Shown: positions 28,451-37,726 of the stretch, in pieces
Position numbering within the stretch: position 1 is the first letter of the stretch
How the letters are laid out: each line of letters starts with the position of its first letter
IMG/VR virus record: IMGVR_UViG_3300042387_001967
From: a virus
Length of the DNA: 64,000 nt
Direction: 5' to 3' (one strand)
Notes under the pieces: generated by a model
The model's input: the letters and a program-made list of their open reading frames with translations, nothing else
Databases searched by the model: none
Told to the model about the DNA's origin: nothing
Program-made: the position numbers and the translations under genes

Positions 28451-29545
28451 TCAGTAGGTCGGGAAGAAGTCCCTGGTCAGTTGCTCACCGGAGCGCGGCG
28501 GGTGAGTTCGCCCGGTGGCGCCACCGCGCAGCAGCTTGGCTCTGTCTCGCGCCAGCCTGGAGTTTAACTCGTGACGTGCGAGACTTTCCTGGAGCGGCCC
28601 GATCCGGCGGTCCATTCCGCGCTGCACAGCGCCTGAATCGGCGAAAGGACCACGCCAATCACCTTCGCTCGCGGCCGCGGCCCACCGCCTCGGCGCGGCC
28701 CACCACGCCGTGCGTTGGTTCTCCAGATCCGCCTTACGCTTGGCGATCTGATCCATCATGCTTCGGCTGTGATCCTCCTGCATGTCCAGGCGGTCCACGG
28801 TCTTGTTGAATTTTTTATCGTAACCTTCGTGAGACCGCTCAAGTTCCTTCAAGTCGTAGTAGTCGTTTGAGCCGGCCCGGATCGTTCCTCCGTCGAGCGC
28901 CTCGCGCAGTTTTGCCATGCGAGCGACAGAACTGTCGCGATTCTTGTTCATGTCGAAAATGCTAGGCTCGTGCTCGCCAAGGCGGTTCGCATACATCTTC
29001 TCGTATTCGCTCGAGCTGAGACCGCCGGGGGGCAGGAACGAGTCTGCGCCATATCCGCCATATCCGCCCGTCAGCATGTCGTCCTTGTTCCACCACTTGG
29101 TGCCTGCGTATGTGCCGCCAATACCTCCCGCGAGGAGGCCCATACCGCCGATGAACGGATGCTTGGTCAGGAACGAAGGTTTGACTTTTGACGGGCCGAC
29201 CGCCGCCGCAGTCGCCCGACCCACGCCGCTCAGGGCGCCCCAGCCGGCTGTGGCGGCTGCCCGTGGCGCATCCCAAAGCACCGCTTTACCCAGGCGTCCC
29301 AGACCGCCCCAAAATGGACCTGCCGCCTTCTCCATATCCGCGTGCGGAATCAGCATCGCACGCATCTGCCCGGGGAACGAGGCAACCTTCGCCAGATATC
29401 CGACGGCGAATGCAGGCCGGGCATCTAGCTCCTGGTCGAGCGACTCGCGCTGCAACAGCTGCGCGGCGGCCTCCTTGCTTAGTCCGTTCTCGAAGCAAGT
29501 CGTCAAAAATGCAGTAACAAATCGCTGAGTCATGGGCTCTCTCAT
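28451..29545 (-). CDS. Putative internal head protein (KxA motifs, Gly zipper, coiled coil)
   Basis: 364 aa with SKEAAA and EKAAG. Confidence 0.55.
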   Translation of the reverse strand: MREPMTQRFVTAFLTTCFENGLSKEAAAQLLQRESLDQELDARPAFAVGYLAKVASFPGQMRAMLIPHADMEKAAGPFWGGLGRLGKAVLWDAPRAAATAGWGALSGVGRATAAAVGPSKVKPSFLTKHPFIGGMGLLAGGIGGTYAGTKWWNKDDMLTGGYGGYGADSFLPPGGLSSSEYEKMYANRLGEHEPSIFDMNKNRDSSVARMAKLREALDGGTIRAGSNDYYDLKELERSHEGYDKKFNKTVDRLDMQEDHSRSMMDQIAKRKADLENQRTAWWAAPRRWAAAASEGDWRGPFADSGAVQRGMDRRIGPLQESLARHELNSRLARDRAKLLRGGATGRTHPPRSGEQLTRDFFPTY

Positions 29546-29580
29546 GTGGGAAGGCTACTTTGAAAATCGGCGCGTGGCAA
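29546..29580 (-). promoter_or_regulatory. Sigma70-like leaderless promoter TTGCCA-17-TAGCCT-6-ATG
   Basis: -35 at 29575-29580, -10 at 29552-29557, ATG at 29545. Lies just after the MCP terminator. Confidence 0.62.
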
Positions 29581-29602
29581 TGCGAAAGGAACTTCGACGC
29601 AC

Positions 29603-29636
29603 AAAAAGAAAGCGCCGGCTGTTTCCAGCCGGCGCT
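29603..29636 (-). terminator. Intrinsic terminator after the major capsid gene
   Basis: 11-bp stem AGCGCCGGCTG, GAAA loop, CAGCCGGCGCT, followed by TTCTTTTT. Confidence 0.85.
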
Positions 29637-29661
29637 CCTTGTTGAATGGTGGAGGCGATCC

Positions 29662-30630
29662 TTACGCGATGCCAGTCATCGTGTAGGTCAGCTTCTGCAC
29701 GCCGAGGGTGTTGCCGATCGTGAGACCGACCTGCTCCTGGGCACGCATGCGGATGATGTCGTACTCCTTCTTGATGGTGACGGTGATGTCTTCGAGCATC
29801 AGCGCGTTGCCAAGGAATTCCTTGGGCGCGAACTGATACATGACGCCGTTTGCGACGAGTCCGTTCTTGATGGTGCTGACGAACGGGACGCCGAACATCT
29901 CGAACTTCTCGAGGGCCTTGAGACCCTTGCGGGCCACGTCCTGCGACAAGTCGCCGCCCATCTCCAAACGCTCCCAACCGAGAAACTCGTTGGCAGTGCG
30001 TTGATTGACGAGGACGACACCGATCGGCAGCTGGCGCTCAATGAGGTAGCTGACGGCGCGCTTCAGGCCCTTGCGGGAGAAGGTAGCGCTGGTCATCGTG
30101 ACGTTCTGGTAGGCGCCCGGAGAGGCACTTTCCACCGTCGCGTAGGCCGTGGCACCACCCACGATGCGGTCGATCTCCGTAAGGAACGAAGTGTCTTCCG
30201 CCGTGTGGATGTCACGCAGCATGTTGTCGTTGACGATCTGCCGAAGGTCCGTCTTGTAGGTCCGGAGCTGGTTGATGTTCTTCGTCGCTTCCTCGGTCGT
30301 GATCACCGACAGGAGCACCACATACTTCTCCGCGCGATACGAGAAGGAGTTCGGGGTGTCGTTGTAGGGGATGACGCGAGCAGGCGGCGAGTCCGGTTCG
30401 AGTTCGTACCAAACTCCGGGGAGTTCCGAGTCCCCGAAATAATCGAGGTCCTCGTTGGTAATCATGTCGAATGACAGAATCGCGCGCTGGAAGCCCTCCT
30501 CCCGGATTTGTGTCCGGGTGGCCTTCGAGGTCGCGGTGGATGCTTTCTTCACAACGCCGTCGTCCGATGAGAGGACGTCGTCGATGAGTTGCTTCTTGAT
30601 GAGCAGGTCTTTTGCAGCTTGTTCGTTCAT
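29662..30630 (-). CDS. Major capsid protein (HK97-like)
   Basis: 322 aa, 'TKNINQLRTYKTDLRQIVNDNMLRDIHTAED' backbone helix. Strong terminator follows; decoration, scaffold and protease genes precede. Confidence 0.72.
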   Translation of the reverse strand: MNEQAAKDLLIKKQLIDDVLSSDDGVVKKASTATSKATRTQIREEGFQRAILSFDMITNEDLDYFGDSELPGVWYELEPDSPPARVIPYNDTPNSFSYRAEKYVVLLSVITTEEATKNINQLRTYKTDLRQIVNDNMLRDIHTAEDTSFLTEIDRIVGGATAYATVESASPGAYQNVTMTSATFSRKGLKRAVSYLIERQLPIGVVLVNQRTANEFLGWERLEMGGDLSQDVARKGLKALEKFEMFGVPFVSTIKNGLVANGVMYQFAPKEFLGNALMLEDITVTIKKEYDIIRMRAQEQVGLTIGNTLGVQKLTYTMTGIA

Positions 30631-30652
30631 GGTCGTTTGTTACCGGTTAGAG

Positions 30653-31222
30653 TTAGGCTGCTTTGATCTGTCCATGGCGGGCCGTCTTGAACTGGAGCAC
30701 TTCGGCGTCTGCTGCTGTCGCCGTAGGCAAAGTCTTGCCCACATACGGGAGCGAAGCATCCGAGCCCGTGCCGATCTTGGTCACGTAGCCGATGATGTAG
30801 TCGCCCTCGGTCGCGTGCGTCACGAGGCCGCCGACCTTGATGGCGAGGGGCTCGTTCAACACGTAAGCGCCGCCGCTCTTGTCGAAATATCCAGTTTGGA
30901 CTTCGTAATCGTCGGAGCAATCAAGCCCAACGATTCCGCCGGCCGCCTGCACGTCGTGAGAATCCTGGTCGTGGGTGGCGATAAAGACGGACAGGGCTTC
31001 GACGACTGCATCAGCGTCGACTCCCTTACGGAACGCGCCGGCGGTCGAAACCGCGTTGACGAGTCCTGTGTCCTTCACTATCACCATTCCAGACCGGATC
31101 GCTTCACCGTCGATAGGCGGGGCGAGAGACGACAACTTGACAGGTTCCGTGGGTTGATTCCCGCGGATGATCTGTAGGGGCACTCGATCGCGCGAATAGC
31201 GCCGATTAGTTCCGTATAACAT
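30653..31222 (-). CDS. Capsid decoration / cement protein
   Basis: 189 aa beta-tulip-like ('AIRSGMVI', 'YVLNEPLAIKVGGLVTHA...IIGYVTK'), directly before the MCP. Confidence 0.55.
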   Translation of the reverse strand: MLYGTNRRYSRDRVPLQIIRGNQPTEPVKLSSLAPPIDGEAIRSGMVIVKDTGLVNAVSTAGAFRKGVDADAVVEALSVFIATHDQDSHDVQAAGGIVGLDCSDDYEVQTGYFDKSGGAYVLNEPLAIKVGGLVTHATEGDYIIGYVTKIGTGSDASLPYVGKTLPTATAADAEVLQFKTARHGQIKAA

Positions 31223-31261
31223 GTTGTTGTTTCAGGTATGTGGTGTTTTTGATCCGGCACC

Positions 31262-31675
31262 TTAGCCAAGACCAGCCTCAGTGCAGCACCGTTCCCAAAG
31301 GTCGGTTCTGCTTTCGGATGATCCGGCTTCAGTCCGGGTTGCGGCTGGCTTATCGACCAGGTCCCCGTCCTTGCCGAACAAGTCGACGTAGAGCGGAAAC
31401 ACGGCCCTGGAGGCCAGCTTCTCCAGAAACTCGAGCAGTTCAGCAGGGCCGGCCTGCTCGAGAGATTTTGCGAGGTCCTTTCCAGTGTTGTCCTGGAAGG
31501 CGCCTGTCTTCATGAGTTCCTTGGCGACTGCAGCGCAGCGAACGGACGCCACTTTCACCAGGGTCACTGGCTCGGGGCGGCGGTGCGCGAGTTCTGCAGA
31601 TTTCACGGCTGTTTCAGCGAGGTCGATGGCATCATCGATCACACTGAGCATCTCCGTGAACGCCTTGTTGTTCAT
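31262..31675 (-). CDS. Small head-associated protein
   Basis: 137 aa helical protein with VKSA, VKVAS and EKLAS. Confidence 0.5.
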   Translation of the reverse strand: MNNKAFTEMLSVIDDAIDLAETAVKSAELAHRRPEPVTLVKVASVRCAAVAKELMKTGAFQDNTGKDLAKSLEQAGPAELLEFLEKLASRAVFPLYVDLFGKDGDLVDKPAATRTEAGSSESRTDLWERCCTEAGLG

Positions 31676-31699
31676 GTCGTAAATGAGTTGCGAATGGGT

Positions 31700-32821
31700 T
31701 TAGACTGCTGCTTCCTCCGGCATGCCTTCGGGCGCGGCACCTTCGCCGCCGGACGTCGCTTGAACAGCTTCGAGGATGTCCTCCTCGGTGATCTGACCGC
31801 TGGCGAGCATTTCCTGCAGCAGCGCCATGATCTCTTCCTCGCTGAGGGATTCGCCGCCCATCGGCAATGCTTCGTCGGCTGGCGAGGCGCCATCGGCTGG
31901 CGGCTCAGCACCTTCCGGGGCTCCGGCTTCGTCGGCCGCGGCCATGAGCGCCGCATCGTCCATGCCCTGCGCGTAGGCTGCCTTGAGCAGCGGATGATCG
32001 AGTGACGCGAGCGTCTCCTGATGCAGCGCGGCCTGCTTGATGATGGCGTCCGCGTGCGCCTCGGTCACGCCAGCTTCCAGCAGGCTCTCATGAATTTCGT
32101 GCACCTTGCGTCCGAGATCGTCGTAAGCGGCCTGCTTGATCTGTTCACCCTCGCCGAAGACGTGCGAGGCGTCGATGGCCTCGAGAATCTGCGCGCGGGC
32201 TGCGTCCTCGCCTGCCTGCTTCTCTAGGAGGTCATGCGCCATGCGGATGCCCTCGTCAGTGCTCACGAACACGCGGGCGATTTTGCACAGCACTTCCGTG
32301 CTGAGGTCCAGCGTGGAAGCCCCGGTGCCGGCCTGCTTCTCAGTCTGCCGTGCGGGCTGTCTTGCGGGAGCGGACGCAGCGAAGCGCTGAGCGAGCGCGG
32401 GATTCGACTGCACCAGCGCTGCGCGGATACTCGCGGCGCGTTTGGAAAGGTTTGCGGCTTTCAGCGTCGTGCCGTCTGCGGGCTGGTCCGCCTTCAACTC
32501 CGCTTCACCCGGATCCTTGGGAATGCTGGCCTTGCTCGCGGTGATACCGCCCTGGCCGTCGGCGACGGTCATACGATCGGGTCTGCCGGCCGGAACCTGG
32601 GCCCCTTTGCGCGCCGTGCCGTCTGCCGGCTGCAGGCGCTTCAGTTCAGCTTCGCCGACATCCTTGGGAATGCTGGCCTTGCTCGCGGTGATACCGCCCT
32701 GGCCGTCGGCGACGGTCATACGGTCTGGTGCGCCTTCTCCGGCTGCGGATTTCTCGGCTGCGATCTTTTCCGCATACTGGCGAAGCGCGGCAGCCACTCG
32801 GTGTTGATTGGGTTTGGACAT
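31700..32821 (-). CDS. Scaffold-like protein
   Basis: Likely start MSKPNQ at 32821. Many KxA motifs, acidic C-terminus, lies between protease and MCP. Confidence 0.55.
   Translation of the reverse strand: MSKPNQHRVAAALRQYAEKIAAEKSAAGEGAPDRMTVADGQGGITASKASIPKDVGEAELKRLQPADGTARKGAQVPAGRPDRMTVADGQGGITASKASIPKDPGEAELKADQPADGTTLKAANLSKRAASIRAALVQSNPALAQRFAASAPARQPARQTEKQAGTGASTLDLSTEVLCKIARVFVSTDEGIRMAHDLLEKQAGEDAARAQILEAIDASHVFGEGEQIKQAAYDDLGRKVHEIHESLLEAGVTEAHADAIIKQAALHQETLASLDHPLLKAAYAQGMDDAALMAAADEAGAPEGAEPPADGASPADEALPMGGESLSEEEIMALLQEMLASGQITEEDILEAVQATSGGEGAAPEGMPEEAAV
32513..32722. repeat. 63-bp identical direct repeat with a 147-bp (49-aa) period
   Basis: atccttgggaatgctggccttgctcgcggtgataccgccctggccgtcggcgacggtcatacg at 32513 and 32660. 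Confidence 0.9.
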
Positions 32822-32878
32822 GTTAGTCGTGGGTTTGTTGGTGTGGAGGCTTTCGCCAGTGGATGTGATCTTGTGGTG

Positions 32879-32907
32879 AGTATGTATCAAAAATGGGCGG
32901 ATGGCAA
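32879..32907 (-). promoter_or_regulatory. Sigma70-like promoter TTGCCA-17-CATACT for the scaffold-decoration-MCP unit
   Basis: -35 at 32902-32907, -10 at 32879-32884, followed by an A/C-rich leader. Confidence 0.5.
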
Positions 32908-32910
32908 TCT

Positions 32911-34377
32911 TTATGCGCGACGAATCATCAAACTCGCGGCGAGCCCTCGAAACAGTGTGCCGGCGTTGACGTCCGGCAGGTCTTTGATCTGGTGTGCGGC
33001 TTTCACTAAGTAGTGTCCGTAAGCTTCTATCAGACCGCCGTAGTAGTCGTCGATATTTTTTTTGAGGCCCGGACGCGCAGCGATGCTGCCGCTCTTGATG
33101 ATCACCACGCGCATCGCACGATCAGACGCCTGACCTGTGCCCATTCCAAGGTCGCCGCCAACCTCGTCCATGAGACGATCGATGTTGTCCTTGCCGGGCG
33201 AGAAGGAGCAGCCTGTTTCGTCCGGCGCCACAGCGTCAGCGACATCCTCGCCGCACGCGCAGCCGCCGCTGTGCATCATCCCCGCCAGCAGCGAAGGCAG
33301 CTTGATTTCAGCAGCGTCGCACAGTGCCGCGTTCTTCTCGATGTCGGCTATCTTCTGTCCGGTCACGAGCGAAGCGAACGTGTAAAAATTGATGACCATG
33401 GCGCGCTTGGCCAGCTCGCCTCCGGCGTTGCGGAAGTCCACCTCGGCCAGTGTGTCTATCTGGTCGGCTGAAAGATCTTGCGGCGCCAGCTTGCACAGCA
33501 CTTCCCGCGTCACCGCGTCAGCACGCTTCACGAATTCATCAGCCGCGGCGAGCTTCTGCAGTGTGAGATTTTCCCACTCGCTGAACGGCACGACGCGCGC
33601 ATTGCCGAACTGAAACGCGGCCCATTGTGCGCCGGTAATGATCGCGTCGCCCGACGCAGCCTTCGCCATCTCGCCCTCCGGAAATGTGTAGCTCAGGAAA
33701 GTGGCGATGCGGTCAGCGCGTCGTTTGACTTCGCTGATGTCGAAGAACTTCACGTCGTCCTCGTTGCGGGCGTAGGCATACTTCTCAAACCCATCCACGA
33801 ACCGCAGCATGTTGTTCTTCAGATGGCTGCAGTAGTCCGTTGTGCGCTTGCTCTTTTTCTTGCAGCACGAGCACTCGTCATGCGGGAGGCGCATGGACAT
33901 CGACCAAGACAGCTCCTCGCCGGCCTTCGCCTTCTTATACATGTCCGGCGCCTTGTCCTTTTCCACCCAGGCGATCAACTCGCCGCGGTGCATCTTCGGA
34001 TTCACCCGGGCCAGTCGGACGGTGCCGATGCCCTGAGTCACGGGGTTGCGATTTTTGTGTTCGCGGAATACGCATCCAAATTTTTCGAACGTGCCGTGGT
34101 GACGGTCCAGCGATCGCCGGCTGGCTGAGTCGCCGTTGCGGTTCGGCCCAAAAGTTTCTTCCTCGCCCATCGTGATCAGATGCACGCCAAACTGATCATC
34201 CGGAGGCATGTGCTCCTGCAGATCCAGGCGCGAGATGACGTCCGATGCCGACTTCGTAAATCCACTGCGGCCCCGGTCGCGCTCGAAGAATGTGAAAGCC
34301 TTGCCGTCAGCCGCCCGCAGCAGCTCCGCGTGGTCGTCCGTGGCGAATGATTTTTCGAGTTCGCGTTCGATGTGCAT
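32911..34377 (-). CDS. Prohead (capsid maturation) protease, HK97/assemblin-fold type
   Basis: PNRNGD, FREHKN (His), SWSMSM (Ser), a CSCC...YCSH zinc site and FFDISEV...ADRIA. Lies upstream of scaffold and MCP. Confidence 0.7.
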   Translation of the reverse strand: MHIERELEKSFATDDHAELLRAADGKAFTFFERDRGRSGFTKSASDVISRLDLQEHMPPDDQFGVHLITMGEEETFGPNRNGDSASRRSLDRHHGTFEKFGCVFREHKNRNPVTQGIGTVRLARVNPKMHRGELIAWVEKDKAPDMYKKAKAGEELSWSMSMRLPHDECSCCKKKSKRTTDYCSHLKNNMLRFVDGFEKYAYARNEDDVKFFDISEVKRRADRIATFLSYTFPEGEMAKAASGDAIITGAQWAAFQFGNARVVPFSEWENLTLQKLAAADEFVKRADAVTREVLCKLAPQDLSADQIDTLAEVDFRNAGGELAKRAMVINFYTFASLVTGQKIADIEKNAALCDAAEIKLPSLLAGMMHSGGCACGEDVADAVAPDETGCSFSPGKDNIDRLMDEVGGDLGMGTGQASDRAMRVVIIKSGSIAARPGLKKNIDDYYGGLIEAYGHYLVKAAHQIKDLPDVNAGTLFRGLAASLMIRRA

Positions 34378-34379
34378 GG

Positions 34380-35189
34380 TCAGGCTTCGGAAGTCTTGTT
34401 GGTGATCAGCGCGCCGATGATCGCCGGAATGCCGGCGGCCGCCAGTCCTATCGCGCCGCGTCCGATCGCGCGCGGCGTCGACTGGCCCAGGATGCCCAGT
34501 CCACGGCGTCGCACGGTCGACAGAGCGCCTTGCGCACTCTGCGCCTTCTCAGACGAGAGTCCGGCGCGCTCCAGTAGTTTGCCCACGCTGCCCTCCGCGA
34601 CGTTGGAGGATGGAAGACCGGCCATGCGGCGAAGCTGGTCAGCTTGCGGTTGCTGCGCGGTCGGGAGAGCGCGGATGGCATCCGCGATTTCGTCCGCGCT
34701 CGCGGTGTTCGCCCAAGCAGTGTCCTTGTTCAGCAGCGGAAGCAGACGCTTGCTGTAGTCATCCGTCGAGCCGGCCCCGATGACAGAGCGACCGCGCGTC
34801 GCCGCCAGTGCGCCCAGGCCAGACGAAGCGGCGGTGATCGGCGAGAACGCCACGTTCTTCACTGTGGTGGACAGCGGCCCTTCGTCGTTGGGTGCTCCTG
34901 ACAAAACCTTGGAACTGTCGGACATGTTGCCCACGGTTTTCTCCAGCCCTTTCGCTCCCAGGTAATGCGCGCCGCCGGCCAGGCCTCCCGCGATCAGCGC
35001 GTTGCGCAGGATGCGGCCCAAGTAGCCCACGCGGCTCTCGCCCGAATCAGCGCGCCGCCGGCCCGACAGCGCACCGCCCGCGATCGCGCCGACGCCGCCG
35101 GACATGAGGTAGGGAACCAGCGATTTGAAGGCGTCCGAGTTCAGGTAGCTCGCAGCCTGATCGCGCAGATTGGTAGGTTTGTCAGTCAT
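34380..35189 (-). CDS. Gly-zipper membrane-like head protein
   Basis: 269 aa with four Gly/Ala-rich hydrophobic helices. Confidence 0.55.
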   Translation of the reverse strand: MTDKPTNLRDQAASYLNSDAFKSLVPYLMSGGVGAIAGGALSGRRRADSGESRVGYLGRILRNALIAGGLAGGAHYLGAKGLEKTVGNMSDSSKVLSGAPNDEGPLSTTVKNVAFSPITAASSGLGALAATRGRSVIGAGSTDDYSKRLLPLLNKDTAWANTASADEIADAIRALPTAQQPQADQLRRMAGLPSSNVAEGSVGKLLERAGLSSEKAQSAQGALSTVRRRGLGILGQSTPRAIGRGAIGLAAAGIPAIIGALITNKTSEA

Positions 35190-35196
35190 TGAAATG

Positions 35197-36765
35197 TTAC
35201 GCTCGCTTGTTGCTGTCGGAACGCACCAGCGACAGCGGACCGGCGCCGCCGACAGTGTAGCGCGATTTCTCGTTGATGTCGGAAAGTTCGTCCGCCTGTT
35301 CGCTGTTGCGGCGGATTTCAGAAAGCAGCTTCTGCGAGTCCAAGGTGAGCCCTTCGTAACTCACTGCCTCGCGCAGGATCAAGCGCAAAGCAGCCATGTC
35401 GCCCGCGAGTTGCGGGTTCCTGGCGGTGACCGAGTTGTAGATCTCCAGCACGACTTTCGGGTCCGCTTCCTTCAGCACGGGATCTGTGCCGATCAGTCGG
35501 CGAATGGCCATTGCGCGCTTGATGTCCTCCACGGACACATCAGCGGAAATCTGCGCCTTGTTCAGCCGCGGCTTGGACGTGATGCCGGTGATCACTCCTT
35601 CGGCTTTGTCCGCGGCAGCCTGCGTTGCTCCGGCTACTGCGGCGACTGGCTTTCCGAGCAGATCCATCAGGCTGATGGACTCCTGCTTGTTCTCGGGATC
35701 GCTGGTGCTGCGCTTGTCTCCAGTCGACTTGTCGCCGCCGCCGCCCACGGGCGGTCCGCTGGCGCGCGGCGGACCACCAGATCCAGCGGCGGGCTGTGCT
35801 GTTGTCGAGATCGAATCGACATTATCCAGCGACTTCTGCGCGTCGTCCACCTTGGCCTTGTCCGCCTTCTCAGGTTTAGGGACGTTGAATATATCGCTGA
35901 CGTCTGCATCATTGTCCACCTGGTGGACCTCGACCGCGGTGCCGTCGCTGGCCTTGGCGGCCATCTTGATCAGCACTTCCAGCGTGCTGGCGGCCTTCGC
36001 CAGTTCTGCAAATTTCTGCCCGAGCGCGTGTCCGATGTCGTAGGCCCGCTGCGGCACGCGGACGTCATAAGCAAACCGCAGCAGCTTCGTGCGATGCGGC
36101 GCTGCGAACTTCTCCATGAACGCGCCGGCCGCTTTGACCGCGGCGGGCGGCTGATACTGCAGCGCCTCTTGTTCGAACTCGGAAATGTCGCGCTGGAAAT
36201 GCCAGTCGCCAACACGCGGCGCCGCTGTAAAAATCTCACTGGCGAGTTTGGACATCTCGTCTTCGAGATCAACTTCGAGCGTCAGCAGCGCATCCTGCAA
36301 CTGCTCGCGCGACACCGCCTGCTTGAATGTTTCGTGCACCTTCGCCGGCTGGTCAGTCACCTGCGCGGCTGCCTTTTCCAGATTCGCCTCACGCCTCATT
36401 GCGGCGGCCAAGTCGACGGTGCGCGGATCGTGCGTCGAAAAAGAATGCGGACCGGCCGCTGCCTTCTCGTGATTGAGTCCGGTGGCGTAGCCGACCACAA
36501 GCGTCGGAACATCCACCAGCGGCACCGTCTGACCGCGCGCGTCGTCCGCAGCGTGATCGATGTAACTGACGGTGCGGAGAGTGTTGTAAACCTGGGCGAG
36601 CTTCTCGAGCTGCGCAGGCGGCAGATCCTCGCGAGCGGCATACTCTGTGAGGACAACCTCGGCCCCGCGCTTCTCGATGTCGGGCACGAGATTCACCACG
36701 GTTCGAACAGCGGAATCATGCGTCATGCTGTAACCATATCCGTTCTCTTGCTGCGTGTCCATCAC
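35197..36765 (-). CDS. Head-associated protein with multiple KxA motifs
   Basis: 522 aa with EKAAAG, EKAAAQ, AKAAS and AKAS. Confidence 0.55.
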   Translation of the reverse strand: MMDTQQENGYGYSMTHDSAVRTVVNLVPDIEKRGAEVVLTEYAAREDLPPAQLEKLAQVYNTLRTVSYIDHAADDARGQTVPLVDVPTLVVGYATGLNHEKAAAGPHSFSTHDPRTVDLAAAMRREANLEKAAAQVTDQPAKVHETFKQAVSREQLQDALLTLEVDLEDEMSKLASEIFTAAPRVGDWHFQRDISEFEQEALQYQPPAAVKAAGAFMEKFAAPHRTKLLRFAYDVRVPQRAYDIGHALGQKFAELAKAASTLEVLIKMAAKASDGTAVEVHQVDNDADVSDIFNVPKPEKADKAKVDDAQKSLDNVDSISTTAQPAAGSGGPPRASGPPVGGGGDKSTGDKRSTSDPENKQESISLMDLLGKPVAAVAGATQAAADKAEGVITGITSKPRLNKAQISADVSVEDIKRAMAIRRLIGTDPVLKEADPKVVLEIYNSVTARNPQLAGDMAALRLILREAVSYEGLTLDSQKLLSEIRRNSEQADELSDINEKSRYTVGGAGPLSLVRSDSNKRA

Positions 36766-36774
36766 AATGGAGGG

Positions 36775-37722
36775 CTAGACATCCACGTAACCGCCGCCGC
36801 TGTCCGCGACCAGCTGGTCCAATACCATCTCCTTGTTCATCGACAGCGCCTGGCGGAACGCCTCGCTGTAGATCGGGACGATGCCTGTGAGTGTCGGCTC
36901 CTCCTTGTCCGCGCCGCTTTGGCGGGACGCCGCGAGCAACGTCAGCGCGCGGCTCACGCCGACGTTGCGCTGATTCAGCAGACTCGTGTGCGCCAAGATG
37001 AGACCGTTACCCATCAGGAACCGGGTCAGCTCGGATTCGCGATCGTTGCTGGCCGCCAGCTTCCGCAGATACGTGTGGTCGCCGATCCCGGACAGATAGG
37101 CCGTCAGGTCCATGTCGCGGTGGTTGTAAGCCACCCGCTTGATGAGGTCCTCGTGAGTCGAGTTGCGCAGGTAGTGCTCGTCGAACTCAACCAGGCGCGT
37201 GTTGGGATACACCTCCTGGGCGAGATACAGCGCGTCAGACCTGCGATCGATGACGTTGAAAAACAGGACCTCAAACGCGTCCAGCGTGCCCACCGACACC
37301 CCGGTCTTCAGCGAGACCTCCCTGAGATGTGTTTCGGCGTTGCCATCCGGGCGGAACGCCAGCAGCATCGCCTTGAGGTGCTGGCGCAGGTTTGGGGCAC
37401 CGTTCACGAACTGTGCGAGATGGTAGGCTTCGACGACGTGTTGGTCGTAGTTTTTCCACGGATCCATGCGCAGCAGATACGCCTTGTGCACCCAAAGATC
37501 GCGCCCTTGCAGCATGAGCGGAAACTCCATGCCCCGGTTCGCGAACTGCAGCGCGATATACCAGCCGTAGTTGGTCTGGATGTATTTCGCCAGGAACCGA
37601 TCTCGCGCGGTATCGTGCAGCGGAGAGAAGCGCCGCTGTTGTCCCAGCAGCCCAGCCCGCTCGATCTTCGTCGTCCACTCCGGACTCATCGACGCAAGCA
37701 AATCAATCGTGTAGGCGTTCAC
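36775..37722 (-). CDS. Hypothetical protein
   Basis: 315 aa, GTG start, coupled within the head block. Confidence 0.55.
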   Translation of the reverse strand: MNAYTIDLLASMSPEWTTKIERAGLLGQQRRFSPLHDTARDRFLAKYIQTNYGWYIALQFANRGMEFPLMLQGRDLWVHKAYLLRMDPWKNYDQHVVEAYHLAQFVNGAPNLRQHLKAMLLAFRPDGNAETHLREVSLKTGVSVGTLDAFEVLFFNVIDRRSDALYLAQEVYPNTRLVEFDEHYLRNSTHEDLIKRVAYNHRDMDLTAYLSGIGDHTYLRKLAASNDRESELTRFLMGNGLILAHTSLLNQRNVGVSRALTLLAASRQSGADKEEPTLTGIVPIYSEAFRQALSMNKEMVLDQLVADSGGGYVDV

Positions 37723-37726
37723 GGTG

